A stretch of 63,906 bases of DNA, counting the filler, from Octopus bimaculoides (Eukaryota), in assembly GCF_001194135.2 (NCBI RefSeq). It is 7 parts of 7 records of this genome, joined end to end, with 100 filler letters (N's around TTAATTAATTAA, not from the genome) between each part and the next. Parts side by side here need not be neighbours in the genome. Positions count along the whole stretch, not along the records: positions 1 to 26,531 come from NC_068986.1; positions 26,632 to 48,070 come from NC_068987.1; 5 more parts are not named here. One strand, 5' to 3'. The translations under genes were made by a program, and so were the position numbers. The notes beneath the pieces are model-generated. The model saw nothing but the letters and a program-made list of their open reading frames with translations, ran no database searches and was not told the DNA's origin. How positions within the stretch are numbered: position 1 is the first letter of the stretch; each line of letters opens with the position of its first letter. Positions 14,066 through 26,806 of this stretch are shown here, piece after piece.

Positions 14066-14720
14066 TGTATGTATGTATGTATGTATGTATGTATGTATGT
14101 ATGTATGTATGTATGTATATACGTTTGTAAGTATGTACGTTTGTATGTATGTATGCATGCATAGATGCATATATGTATGTATGTATGTATGGATGGATGC
14201 ATGTATGCATGCATGCATGTATGTATGTATATATGTATGTATGCATGTACGTATACATGTATGCATGTATGTATGTTTGTATGTATGTACGTTTGTATGT
14301 ATGTATGTATGTATGTATGTATGTATGCACGTTCGTATGTATGTATGCATGTGTATATGCATGCATGAATGTACACANNNNNNNNNNATACGTTTGTAAG
14401 TATGTACGTTTGTATGTATGTATGCATGCATAGATGCATATATGTATGTATGTATGTATGGATGGATGCATGTATGCATGCATGCATGTATGTATGTATA
14501 TATGTATGTATGCATGTACGTATACATGTATGCATGTATGTATGTTTGTATGTATGTACGTTTGTATGTATGTATGTATGTATGTATGTATGTATGCACG
14601 TTCGTATGTATGTATGCATGTGTATATGCATGCATGAATGTACACATGTGTATATGTGAATATGTATGTATGTATATATGCTTGTATGTATGTATGTATG
14701 TACGTTTGTATGTCTGTATG
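14066..14720. repeat. Degenerate (TGTA)n satellite
   Basis: Directly visible; a block of about 270 bp is duplicated across a 10-N gap. Confidence 0.95.
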
Positions 14721-15188
14721 TACTACGCATAGAATTATGTGCGTATGTTTCCGATAGCATACACTAATTAATTACTCTATACACAGCTGAATGTGAACCC
14801 CGCGTAGACTTTCTTTAAGATAGAGTGTTAAATCAATTATGTTGATATAACAATGGGCCTCACAGACAGGTTAGTCATACTAGCGGGTTTAGGTGGGTGT
14901 GATTTCGTGTATGAATATGTATGCTTGGGTGTGTTGCTTTATGCATGTATCTGTGTCAATGCGTGCATGTGTGGCTGGGTGGGCGGGAGTGTGTCTGCGT
15001 GTGAACGAAAAAACAAAGGAAGAAATGAAAATTTAGACTTTGAAAGACACGACAAGAACGTGAAACTTGTGATGACACTGTTGCAGCCACGTACCCACAT
15101 TAATGCACCCCCTCCACTCACATACTCTTACGTATATGCACACGAACATATAGACACATGCACGTATATTTGTATAAGCATATATGTG

Positions 15189-15237
<49 letters not shown>

Positions 15238-15499
15238 ATACATACATACATACGTACGTACGTACGTACATACGTTCATACATATGATCACATCTATGGG
15301 ATATTTGGTTTCACTTATCATACATGAAGAATTACTCTAGATGTTTATTCTACTTGCGTTTATTGGTATCTGATTGTTTGACTATAGTTAACCAAATTTG
15401 TTTAACCTTGTGTGCTTTCTAGTTATCTGTCTGGATTTATTCATCGCCTTTATTTCTTATACATACATATATAGACATACATACATACCGACGTGTATA

Positions 15500-16356
15500 C
15501 AGGGTGCAGTGAATATATTGTTGTCTAAATTACACCAAAATGAAAATAACACTGACATCTCATTTTAACAGATATATTTACCAAAATTATATTAAAATAT
15601 CTTGAAATACTAAAGAGTAAATTTATTCAATAAAATCGCCATTGGTTTCAACCACGGCCTCCAACCGACTTCGGAATCTATTGGAACTCTTCTGGACCGT
15701 CTCCCTGTTTAAGTTGATGAATGCTGCCATAATCCTTGCCTTCAGTTCATCTTTGGTGTTACAAGGAGTTTTGTTGGTCTCTCGCTCAACTACACTCCAC
15801 ACATAATAATCAAGTGGGTCTCAATCTGGGAAGTTAAGTGGCCAGATGTTAGGAGTGATGTGGTCGCAGAAATTGTCTGACAGCCATGACTGGGTTCTCC
15901 TGCCTGTGTGGCATGGTGCAGAATCCTGTTGCCAGACATAGGTTCTTTCAGCAGCAACCTTCTTGACCCAGGGCAGTACTACCTCCTCCAGGCACTTGAA
16001 GTAGGCCTCCATGTTGAGTCTGAGGCCGTGTGGGCAGATGAATGGAAGCATAACGTCACCATCACAAGTGATCACTCCAAACATCATGATGTTGACTGGA
16101 TGTTTGATTTTTTTCACTCTCGGTACATGTCAGATTTACACCCAAACACTGAAATGTTCGTATTGGAGCTTCCGGCGCGAATGCCAAGCAGTATAACATG
16201 TCGTTTCCTAATTTCTGGCAGAGTGAATTGCTGTTTTACTCATAGACGGTACCCAGCTGAGCCTACTCTACTGTGTAGTCGATAAAACAAAAACAAACAA
16301 TGCACAAGCGCAAAATTGAAAACATAAAATTGCGACAATTTACCCATCGCACCCTG
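15500..16356 (-). mobile_element. Internally deleted IS630-Tc1-mariner element, DD37D (maT-like)
   Basis: TA-flanked imperfect TIRs cagggtgc. Transposase remnant HPVNIMMFGV..WQQDSAPCH..IWPLNFPD*DPLDY, with 37 residues between the last two catalytic Asp. HTH region and first Asp are missing. Confidence 0.9.
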
Positions 16357-16652
16357 TATACATACATATATACATACAAACGTACATACATACATATATA
16401 TACGTGTGTGTGTGTGTGTGTGTGTATGTCTATGCTTGTGTTGATGTTTGTGTATGCTTACTTTTATGTATGTATGTATTTCGATTCTCCATCGAAGACA
16501 TTACTTACGTTGATATTGTGGTTGTTATTCAAACTCAGATTAATCTTGACTGGTAGAGATGAACGGTGGAAGACGTTCCAAACAGTGGCCATCAATCCGA
16601 AGACAACACCAGTCACTGATTTTTTTTCTTTTGTTGGAGTCGTTAGAACGTA

Positions 16653-16960
16653 GACCAGCTGGTGAATATAGTCACACAATACAGAGGTGCCGCATGTTCT
16701 TGTACTGTTATTTTTCTCCTCAAATACTGGACACATTTGAGGAACGGGACAGGGTACGTCGTGACCTTTGACATGAGACATATTTTACACACACTTTCGT
16801 GCGCATGCGTCTGATTCTGGAGCCATCGAAGAACTTCTATATTGCCTTAAAAAGCATTGAATATTGGCTATCCTATTCTTAAATACATCATCACGGAATA
16901 AAAAAAACGGGACTGTCATGACTAGAACGCTTCTTATAGTACAACATCAAAGCTGACTCT
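16653..16960 (+). repeat. Unclassified repeat; inverted copy at 22805-23188
   Basis: ccagctggtgaatatag..ggacacatttgaggaacgggac..gtgacctttgacatgaga is nearly identical in both copies; the distal part is much more diverged. Confidence 0.85.
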
Positions 16961-17379
16961 GCTTATACACCACCAGCTTATTAGAATCAATGGGTGTCTA
17001 GCCAAAGATAACCAATATTCCATATTATCATCGTACTGTTTCCGGACATCGATTAGATATATTCACATACACACCAATAATGTACAAGTTGCTACATTAA
17101 AATCGATTCCATTACTCAAATCTTTGAATGTGGTCCTGTGTCAAAGAAACCCTAATGTTACGAAACAGCGGATGATTGCACAATTATGTGTAATCTCGAG
17201 TTGATATCACATGGCTGTGGCAGCGTGTATATATGTACTTGTGGCAGAGCTGAGTGCAATGGCGGAAACAAGCTGACCAACGGAAGAATGGATTACATCA
17301 TCGAATCGGTAACCCATAGCAACATATTGTAAGCCGTCGTTGTGAGCATGTCATTATTTAAATTCACAAAGCTAGCAAT

Positions 17380-17603
17380 TATTCTTTTATGTATGTGTGT
17401 GCGTGTGTGCGTGTGTGTGTGTATATATATGTATGTATGTATGTATGTATACACATGTATACATATGTAAACATATAAATATATACACACAAATATATAT
17501 ATATAATCATATATATATGTGTGTGTGTATGTATATATGTAGGTATGTATGAATATATGTATGTATGTGTATGCGCGTGTGTGCGTGTGTGTGTGCGCTT
17601 GTG

Positions 17604-17636
<33 letters not shown>

Positions 17637-17930
17637 ACACATATATACATATGTAAACATAAATACATATATATAATCATATATACATATATATATATAT
17701 GTATGTATATATGTATGGATGTATGTATGTGTATGTGCGTGTGTGTGTTTGTGTGTGTGTTCCCTTGCGTGTGCATGTGCACACATATATACATATATAA
17801 AATTATATGTGCATGCGTGTAAGTTAGGTAGTTATACGTGTATATGCATACATGCACACATACATTTACATATTTGTAATTATACATGTATGCATGAGTG
17901 TATATATGAATGTATATGTGTGCGTGCGTG

Positions 17931-17978
<48 letters not shown>

Positions 17979-18000
17979 CACATGCACAAATCGATGCATA
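17380..18000. repeat. Compound TG/TA microsatellite block
   Basis: Directly visible. Similar blocks occur throughout, for example 28050-28910, 34140-34460, 39540-39657 and 46370-46600. Confidence 0.95.
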
Positions 18001-18475
18001 TATATTTCTGAAGTAGCTAATGTGTGGAGGGGGCGGTGTTGGGNNNNNNNNNNNNNNNNNNNNNNNNNNNNNNNNNNNNNNNNNNNNNNNNNNNNNNNNN
18101 NNNNNNNNNNNNNNNNNNNNNNNNNNNNNNNNNNNNNNNNNNNNNNNNNNNNNNNNNNNNNNNNNNNNNNNNNNNNNNNNNNNNNNNNNNNNNNNNNNNN
18201 NNNNNNNNNNNNNNNNNNNNNNNNNNNNNNNNNNNNNNNNNNNNNNNNNNNNNNNNNNNNNNNNNNNNNNNNNNNNNNNNNNNNNNNNNNNNNNNNNNNN
18301 NNNNNNNNNNNNNNNNNNNNNNNNNNNNNNNNNNNNNNNNNNNNNNNNNNNNNNNNNNNNNNNNNNNNNNNNNNNNNNNNNNNNNNNNNNNNNNNNNNNN
18401 NNNNNNNNNNNNNNNNNATAAGCAACTAAATTTATTAAAAAAGGACAATTTATCTATGCTCCTGCCATTTATCGT

Positions 18476-18780
18476 GGAGGCGCAATGGTCCAGTGGTTAG
18501 GGCAGCAGACTCGCGGTCGGAAGATCGCGGTTTCGATTCCCAGACCGGGTGTTGTGAGTGTTTATTGAGCGAAAACACCTAAAGCTCCACAAGGCTCCGG
18601 CAGGGAGTGGTGGCGACCCCTGCTGTACTCTTTCGCTCCGACTTTCTCTCACTCTTTCTTCCTGTTTCTTGAGTAACGCTGAGATGGACTGGCGTCCAGT
18701 CCAGCTGGGGGGAAAACATACGCCATAGAAACCGAGAAACCGGGCCCATGAGCCTGGCTAGGCTTGAAAAAGGGCGCAAT
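18476..18780 (+). mobile_element. tRNA-derived SINE family C with tail X
   Basis: Head ggaggcgcaatggtccagtggttagggcag..ggtttcgattccc; tail gatggactggcgtcc..catagaaaccg..gagcctggc. Confidence 0.88.
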
Positions 18781-18880
18781 ATTATAATGTATAATATTCC
18801 TGCTATTTATCAGTTCTCGCAGCACCTCGTTACCCCAAGAGATGCATTGTTTGGCGTTCAACTGAGAATCCATAAAGATA

Positions 18881-19096
18881 TTGTTTTCAAATTTTGGCAC
18901 AAGGTCAGCATTTTCGGGAGAAGGACTAAGTCGATTACATCGGCCCCAGTGTGTAACTGGTACTTATTTCATCGACCCCCAAAAGGATAGAAGGCAAAAT
19001 CGACCTCGGCGGAGTTTGAACTCAGAACTTAAAGACAGACGAAATCCCGCTAAGCATTTGACAGGCATACTAACCATTCTGTCAGCTTATCACCTT
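18881..19096 (-). mobile_element. SINE family B
   Basis: Family B core. Similar minus-strand copies at 32140-32357 and 37852-38015. Confidence 0.85.
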
Positions 19097-19353
19097 AGAA
19101 TCCACGAAAATATTTAAGACCAGTGAAGAAATGGCTCTCCGGTTATCTTCTACAATATCCCAATGTGAATTATCTTATCAATTGAAAGAGTTGCACATCT
19201 TATACTTCTAAGCGACTTAAACCATTAAACACTTCACGAATGTCTTAATTGACTGCAGTTGCTTTGTTGTTGTCTTAACTCAAATCACACCATGATCGAA
19301 CATCACTCCAACGATGAAAGGTATTCAAACATGAGCGTCGTGTTTTCATTTTT

Positions 19354-19716
19354 ACCTCCGCCTTCGCTAAGGCAGAGGTATTGTTTTTCAGTCGTGTTTG
19401 TTTGTTTGTCCGTGGACAAGATATCTCAAGAACCGCTGGATGGATTCGGATGAAACTTTCGGGAATGGTTGGCTTCGTGACTGACACGAACTGATTAGCA
19501 TTTTGGATCGATTCGGTACCGGACAAGGATTCTGGATTATTTTTCCGGTTTTTTTTTTTTACTTAATTTTTGAGAGCGGTCGGGGTCATTTTTAGTATTC
19601 TCATTTGTGAGAGAAGTTGAGTTTATTTCAGATATTCTCATTTTAAAAATCATCTCTGGATTATCATTGAGAGGACGTTAGTGTTACCTTGGTGGAGGTT
19701 TGCGCTTCCTGAGTGC

Positions 19717-19720
<4 letters not shown>
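19354..19720 (+). mobile_element. Helentron-associated non-autonomous element (HINE/DINE-like)
   Basis: 5' hairpin acctccgcc-ttcgctaa-ggcagaggt, short gttt microsatellite, 3' subterminal inverted copy ttggtggaggt, 3' hairpin gcgcttcctgagtgc, T-rich flanks. Confidence 0.75.
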
Positions 19721-19747
<27 letters not shown>

Positions 19748-20258
19748 GAGTGAGAGAGCAGTGCATGCCATCAAAGTGATACTGGGGTAAAATATACGAA
19801 GCCCAGAATACCCATCACGACTACCCGTCTGATAAGGGTACACCAGGCACATGCATCACACCATATGTGCGCGACATGGTGATCTCATATCAAGATAAAC
19901 AGCGCATGACCTTGCAGGTGGGGCCCTGTTAGAATTTTCCTCAGGTTGAGTAGCTCATCCCACTCAAAAGGTCCCTGAATAAGGGTCGTTTAAGGATGAT
20001 GGACAAAACACCCATGTTTCCAAAAGTGAATTATCCAAACCCCAAAGAATTCCTCTCAACACATGACTATGATGCTCCCCCACTACTTCTGCTCATAATC
20101 AGAGATGTACATATCGTCAGCCACTAAGGGACATGCTCAACTGGTAATGGTCAAACAGCTGACAAGCAAATCTGTGGTATTGAGCAGAATATTTGCAGTA
20201 GCCCATCTTTTATACCAAGATAAAACAATGTACATGATAACACTTCCAATCAGTTAAG
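19748..20258. repeat. About 510-bp unclassified element between (TTA)n tracts
   Basis: Sharp boundaries against trinucleotide tracts on both sides; no ORF; higher GC than the flanks. Confidence 0.5.
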
Positions 20259-20284
20259 ATTATTATTATTATTGTCATTATCAC

Positions 20285-20335
<51 letters not shown>

Positions 20336-20542
20336 ATCAAATTTAAAAGAAGAGTGCCATTTGCTATCTCGTGAACAATATTTCGACATCTTGCGTGTCT
20401 TCCACTGGTTCAAAAAATAAATTTGTCAATCTACTTCATTTTCGTTTATATAGAAAGGATTGAGGTAACTCCTCCTGAAGATATAGAGTCAAAATTAAAA
20501 GAAGAGTGCCATTTGCTATCTCGTGAACAATATTTCGACATC

Positions 20543-20619
<77 letters not shown>

Positions 20620-20620
<1 letters not shown>

Positions 20621-21374
20621 CTTCGTAACACAGTGTAGGTAAAAATGCAACGGAGTCTTTCGTCATCTGTCGAGTCACAACAAGGACCTCAGACAGATAA
20701 TACTTTCTTTAAGATGTGTGCTGTGCCCAATAAAGCTGCTTTTTGCAAGACATCATCAATCTTCCAGTTGCCTTAAGTAGTCTTGAAGTTTCAATGAGAT
20801 TGAGCCCAATGCTCCGATCACCACTGGTATCACCTTTACATCAACCCTCTCGCATTCCATACAGTCTTGCCATTTCCACTTTCAATCCGGAGTCCTTGGT
20901 GATGTTTTCAACCTCTTTACTCACAACATTCACGTCTTTTGGTATGGCTGCATCAATGATCTGACAGTATTTATCTTTCTTATTCAATATGACATAATGC
21001 GGCCGACGGTGTTCGATTACACGATTCATTTCAAAATCATAGTCCCAGAGTATCATTTCTTTTCCATCCTCCTGCATAACTTTACTTGGTACATGCTCAT
21101 ACCAGTTCTCTGTTATTTCATGTTGGTATTTACGGCATAACAGCCAATGAAGATACACAAACACTTTATCGTGGCGACGCTTGTATTCTTTTTGTGCAAG
21201 GCTCTCACTCCCACTTACCAAGTGGGTCACATTTTCCACGCTCTTTCCACAGAGTCTGCATTTCTTGGTGTCAGAAGTTTTATAGATGTTATACTTCACT
21301 GCATTGGTAACGAGAGCCTGGTCTTGTTCAGCAATGATCAGGCTTTCGGTGGTACGCTTCAAATCATCTCGCAT
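20620..21374 (-). mobile_element. 5'-truncated R4/Dong-like RLE LINE 3' end between trinucleotide tracts
   Basis: ORF: IAEQDQALVTN..CRLCGKSVENVTHLVSGS..YKRRHDKV..ILWDY..HRRPH..IIDAAIP, then LQKAALLGTAHILKKVLSV* (stop 20689-20691), a short UTR and an (AAT)n tail. Confidence 0.92.
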
Positions 21375-21424
<50 letters not shown>

Positions 21425-21449
21425 TTATTATTATTATTATTATTATTAA

Positions 21450-21639
21450 GGCGGTGAGTTGGCAGAATCGGGCGATATGCTTAAAGGTATTTCGTGTGCC
21501 ACTACGTTCTGAGTTCAAATTCCGCCGATGTCGACTCTGCGATTCATCCTTTCGGGGTCGATTAACTAAGTACCATTTACGTACTGGGGTCGATGTAATC
21601 GACTTAATCCCTTCCCCCCTTGTGCTTCCAGTAGAAAGG

Positions 21640-21707
<68 letters not shown>

Positions 21708-22110
21708 AATTCCGCGAAAGCTGACTCTACTTTTCATCCTTTATGCGGGTGGGGTCGATGAATTAAGCACCAGTCAAACATTGAGGTTGATATGTAATCG
21801 ATTAAACCCCACCTATTCCAAGATTTCTGACCTTGTGCCTATAATAGAAAGAATTACTACTACTATTATTATTATTATCACTATTATTATTATTATTATT
21901 ATTATTAATATGGCGGGCAGGCAGAATCGCTAGAGCACCGGACAAAATACTAAGTGCATTTGCCCTTTATTTTCTGAATTCAAAATCCGCCTAATCAGCT
22001 TTGCTTTTCGTCATATTCAGGATCGATAAAATAAAATACGAGTCAAATGGTGGGATCGATATCATCTAACCCCCTCCCCCTAAAATGACTATCGCTGTGC
22101 TTATAGAAGA
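21450..22110 (+). mobile_element. Chain of three SINE family B copies separated by (ATT)n
   Basis: Units at about 21450-21640, 21706-21852 and 21912-22110. Confidence 0.85.
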
Positions 22111-22538
22111 AACAATTATTATTATTATTATTATTTACTATACACTTGCATACACACACTAACACACGCAGAACGCCACCTTAGTATAAGGCCTCACTCC
22201 AGACAATAGATGTAGTAATAGAGAGGCCGTTTAGTTCATTCTATAAAAATGAAATCAAGCGTAAGATCATCATTGAAACCTACAACAAATGTATTTATAT
22301 AACAATATTTCCAAGAAACTGGATTTTAACAAAAGTCACAGAAAGAAGAGCGCTGTGCAATTGTTGATGTATTTAATGAATTTCACCAAACCAGTTTTTA
22401 TGTCCAAAATATATTCTATCAGTTATAATTGTTGCTGTTACCTTAAGATCAGATTCAGTCGAAAGGGTTCCACCTGTGACCAACTCGACTTTTGGAGCGG
22501 GGGTATAATTGTATGAAGGACTTATGCTCCCTTGTATA

Positions 22539-22747
22539 CAGGGTGTCCATAAGGTCTGGGTACATAGAGTAAATAAAATCATCACATAAACAATTAAATG
22601 TAAGAAATAATAATTTCTTAAAGCATGTGTTAATCCCCATGTGGTTACATGGAGTAAATAAAATCATGACATAAACAATTAAATATAAGAAATAATAATT
22701 TAAAGTATGTGTTAATCCCCATGTACCCAGACTTTGTGGACACCCTG
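22539..22747. mobile_element. Tc1/mariner-type MITE with an internal tandem duplication
   Basis: TA flanks; about 27-bp TIRs cagggtgtccataaggtctgggtacat / atgtacccagactttgtggacaccctg; internal unit of about 80 bp present twice. Confidence 0.9.
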
Positions 22748-23190
22748 TAGAACGGTAGGGAGTATTTGAGGAAGGTTTAAAGCAACTCCGTTGTTTTTGT
22801 TGTTGATGTTGCTCTTGTTATTTAGCCCCGGGTCAGCCCCAATCGAACGAATCTACCATTCTAGCTGTGACCATCCAGTTTCACCTCTTCCACACAACTC
22901 GCCAATGTCCGATGCTTTTTAAGACAATGACGTGTGATTGGAGGTAGATTTCACTCTTACTTCTAGACGGTCGAGTGGCAATATAGAAGTTCCTCGATGG
23001 CTCCAGTACCAAACACACGCGTACACGCACACACACACACACGCAAGTGTGTGTAAAATATATATCTCATGTCAAAGGTCACGACATACCCCGTCCCGTT
23101 CCTCAAATGTGTCCAGTATCTGAGGAGAAAAATAACAGTACAAGAACATGCGGCGCCTCTGTATTGTGTGGCTATATTCACCAGCTGGAT

Positions 23191-23607
23191 GGTGACGAGT
23201 TGGCAGAAACGTTAAAACGCCGGGCGAAATGCTTAGCGGTTCTGAGTTCAAATTCCGCCAAGGTCTATTTTGCCTTTCATCCTTTCGGGAGTCGAGGAAT
23301 TAAGTACCAGTTACTCACTGGGGTCGATGTAATCGACTTAACCCTTTTGTCTGTCCTTGTTTGTCCCCTCTATGTTTAGCCCCTTGTGGGCAATAAAGAA
23401 ATAAGAAAAGTTAGAACGCCAGGCGAAGTGCTTAGCGGTATTTCGTCTGTCTTTACGTTCTGAGTTCAAATTTCGCCGAGGCCGACATTACCTTTCATCC
23501 TTTCGGGGTCAATTAAATAAGTACCAGCCACGTACTAGGGTCGATCTAATCGACTGGGCTACTCCCCCAAAATTTAGGGCCTTGTACCTAGAGTAGGAAA
23601 GAATATT
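23191..23607 (+). mobile_element. Dimeric family B SINE
   Basis: Full left arm, linker ..gccccttgtgggcaataaagaaataagaa, right arm lacking the first ~15 nt of the head. Confidence 0.85.
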
Positions 23608-23778
23608 CTACTCTTTCATACGCTTTTATTCTTCCACTCTTATGCCTTCGGCCATGCTGGGGCACTGCCTTGAAGGGCTTTTATCTAACAAATCGAGGTA
23701 GTTGTTTCTTCAGTCTCCCCAGTGTGCCGAACCGCAAAGTTACAGTGACATAAACAAACCAACAAAACATGGGCACTC

Positions 23779-24182
23779 ACTCTCTTTTTCTTTTTTACTT
23801 GTTTCAGTCATTTGACTGTGGCCATGCTGGAGCACCGCCTTTAGTCGAGCAAATCGACCCCAGGACTTATTCTTTGTAAGCTTAGTACTTATTCTATCGG
23901 TCCCTTTTGCCGAACCGCTAAGTTACGGGGACGTAAACACACCACCATCGGTTGTCAAGCGATATTTGGGGGACAAACACAGACACACAAGCATATACAC
24001 ACACACACATACATATATACGGCGGGCTTCTTTCAGTTTCCGTCTACCAAATCAACTTACAAGCTTTGGTCGGCCCGAGGCTACAGTAGAAGACGCTTGC
24101 ACAAGGTGCCACGCAGTGGGACTGAACCCGGGACCATGTGGTTCGTAAGCAAGCTACTTACCACACAGCCGCTCCTACGCCT
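23779..24182 (-). mobile_element. SINE family A, full length
   Basis: Reverse complement of the 12688 copy. Confidence 0.9.
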
Positions 24183-24223
24183 CTTATAGAAAAGCATACA
24201 TATGTGAATGTGTATGTATTTAT

Positions 24224-24292
<69 letters not shown>

Positions 24293-24778
24293 CACACACA
24301 CAAATTTAATGCTTAATCTACGGATTTATCTAATCCGATAGCACTCTCAAAGAAAGCTCCTTTAGTGGAACCAAGCTACAAACAACATTGTGAACCAAAT
24401 CCCAGGAGTGTAATGTATAATCCGATGCAGTTGGAATCTAGTAGATCCAATTAATAATGATTATTTCATTAGGATTAAATAGAATATAAAAGGAAGTCAT
24501 GAGGCATGAAATAAATATATTTATTTCACCAGTTGATAAATCATTTTACACGCTTGCTCTAGTGGAGATGAAGAATGTATGTAACCATAACATTCTATGG
24601 ATCTGAAGAGGTAGCCTTATATATCTGTATTAACTTGCAAAATGTAGAAATAGTACTATGTAATTAATAACATGCTATTTTTCCACGATGTTGGCTGCAA
24701 AACGATCGTAATAGATCGTTATAGATATCAACAAGTGAAATAAATCATCTCATGCCTCTTAATTTTCCTATAATTCTA

Positions 24779-24811
<33 letters not shown>

Positions 24812-25458
24812 NNNNNNNNNNNNNNNNNNNNNNNNNNNNNNNNNNNNNNNNNNNNNNNNNNNNNNNNNNNNNNNNNNNNNNNNNNNNNNNNNNNNNNNNN
24901 NNNNNNNNNNNNNNNNNNNNNNNNNNNNNNNNNNNNNNNNNNNNNNNNNNNNNNNNNNNNNNNNNNNNNNNNNNNNNNNNNNNNNNNNNNNNNNNNNNNN
25001 NNNNNNNNNNNNNNNNNNNNNNNNNNNNNNNNNNNNNNNNNNNNNNNNNNNNNNNNNNNNNNNNNNNNNNNNNNNNNNNNNNNNNNNNNNNNNNNNNNNN
25101 NNNNNNNNNNNNNNNNNNNNNNNNNNNNNNNNNNNNNNNNNNNNNNNNNNNNNNNNNNNNNNNNNNNNNNNNNNNNNNNNNNNNNNNNNNNNNNNNNNNN
25201 NNNNNNNNNNNNNNNNNNNNNNNNNNNNNNNNNNNNNNNNNNNNNNNNNNNNNNNNNNNNNNNNNNNNNNNNNNNNNNNNNNNNNNNNNCTGGTTATTAT
25301 TATTTCTTGTCTACGTTTTGTTTGCAATGTCCTGTACCCAGATATGCACCTATATATACAGGTAGACGTAGGTATGCACACACCTGTACGTATATATGCA
25401 TATACTCATTTATTATTTGTTTTTACATGACCGAACGCCAGCGTCACCACTGTTGTAA

Positions 25459-25499
<41 letters not shown>

Positions 25500-26492
25500 T
25501 ATGTATATGACATACACACACACATATGTATATGACATACACACACACATCACACACGCGCGCATTAAGTTTAGAGAGAGTAGTGGGTCGTTTGTGCTGG
25601 TGTATATTTACATATATATACACAAGATAAGGACCTCTACAGTTTAGAGGCCTGTGAATGTAACCTAGACGAGACAGCACAATGTCATTAAGTCCTTAAG
25701 TTTCCCTTAGAAACCCCACCATTAATACACACATACATGCATAAATACACACATACATTACTTACACATACACGCACGCACATACATAAAATACAGGCAT
25801 ACGTGTACATACACATACAGACACACATACATCGGCGTATGCGTGTGTGCGTGTGTTTGTGTATAAAACCGGTTTGGACTAAGTAACTCTGCCCTGAGAG
25901 AAGGAGCTGTGGCGGCCATGGCTTAGCTGGCGTCAAAGCTTGTTATTCACTCATCAAAATTGTCATGTAAATCACTCTTTGCTCCACTGGTGGACAACAC
26001 TGGCATATATTATTCTCGTTGTTTCTGCGGGCTGAGTTTGCAAGACAAGACACGAGAGTTTGTGGCTATCAGCATTCAAGCCTGGAGCGTGCGGGTTACC
26101 ACGTGAGACACGTGCCGCTAACCGACCAACAGCTGTTGTCGCATGTAACACGGATCTGGCTGTCAGCCTAGTCTTGTCGTCAAGATCGCCCAACTGGCCT
26201 GTTTTCGTAGGGAACGACAAGTTGTTCTTCTATATCCGGTGTGGCTCTGGTGAAATAGGTCGAGTCGTGAATTGAGAATGATGGCAGCGGGGGACGGGGC
26301 CTTCACCTCGTGGACAGAACAACAGTGGAAGCGAAATTAACGGTTTACTTTCTTGTCAGAATGACTGTCGCCGTCAGAGAGATTCCAAGTTATTAAACCA
26401 TTGGAAGTCTGTAAGAATGAAGCTATTGTTCGCCAATTCCGATACAAAATCAATAAATAAGCGCTGCTCCCTAAAAATTGTATCTGTCGACT

Positions 26493-26530
<38 letters not shown>

Positions 26531-26761
26531 GNNNNNNNNNNNNNNNNNNNNNNNNNNNNNNNNNNNNNNNNNNNNTTAATTAATTAANNNNNNNNNNNNN
26601 NNNNNNNNNNNNNNNNNNNNNNNNNNNNNNNATATATATATATATATATATATATATACCATAGATTGATAGATAGACAGGCTAATAGGGAGAGTGAAAG
26701 AGAGAGTGTGGGAGAGAGAAAGTGAGAGAGTCACAGACAGACATAAGTCAGAAATACAACC

Positions 26762-26806
<45 letters not shown>

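Noticed and set aside
14107-14650. Near-exact ~270-bp duplication either side of a 10-N gap
   Set aside because: Typical unmerged contig overlap in a satellite; likely assembly artefact.
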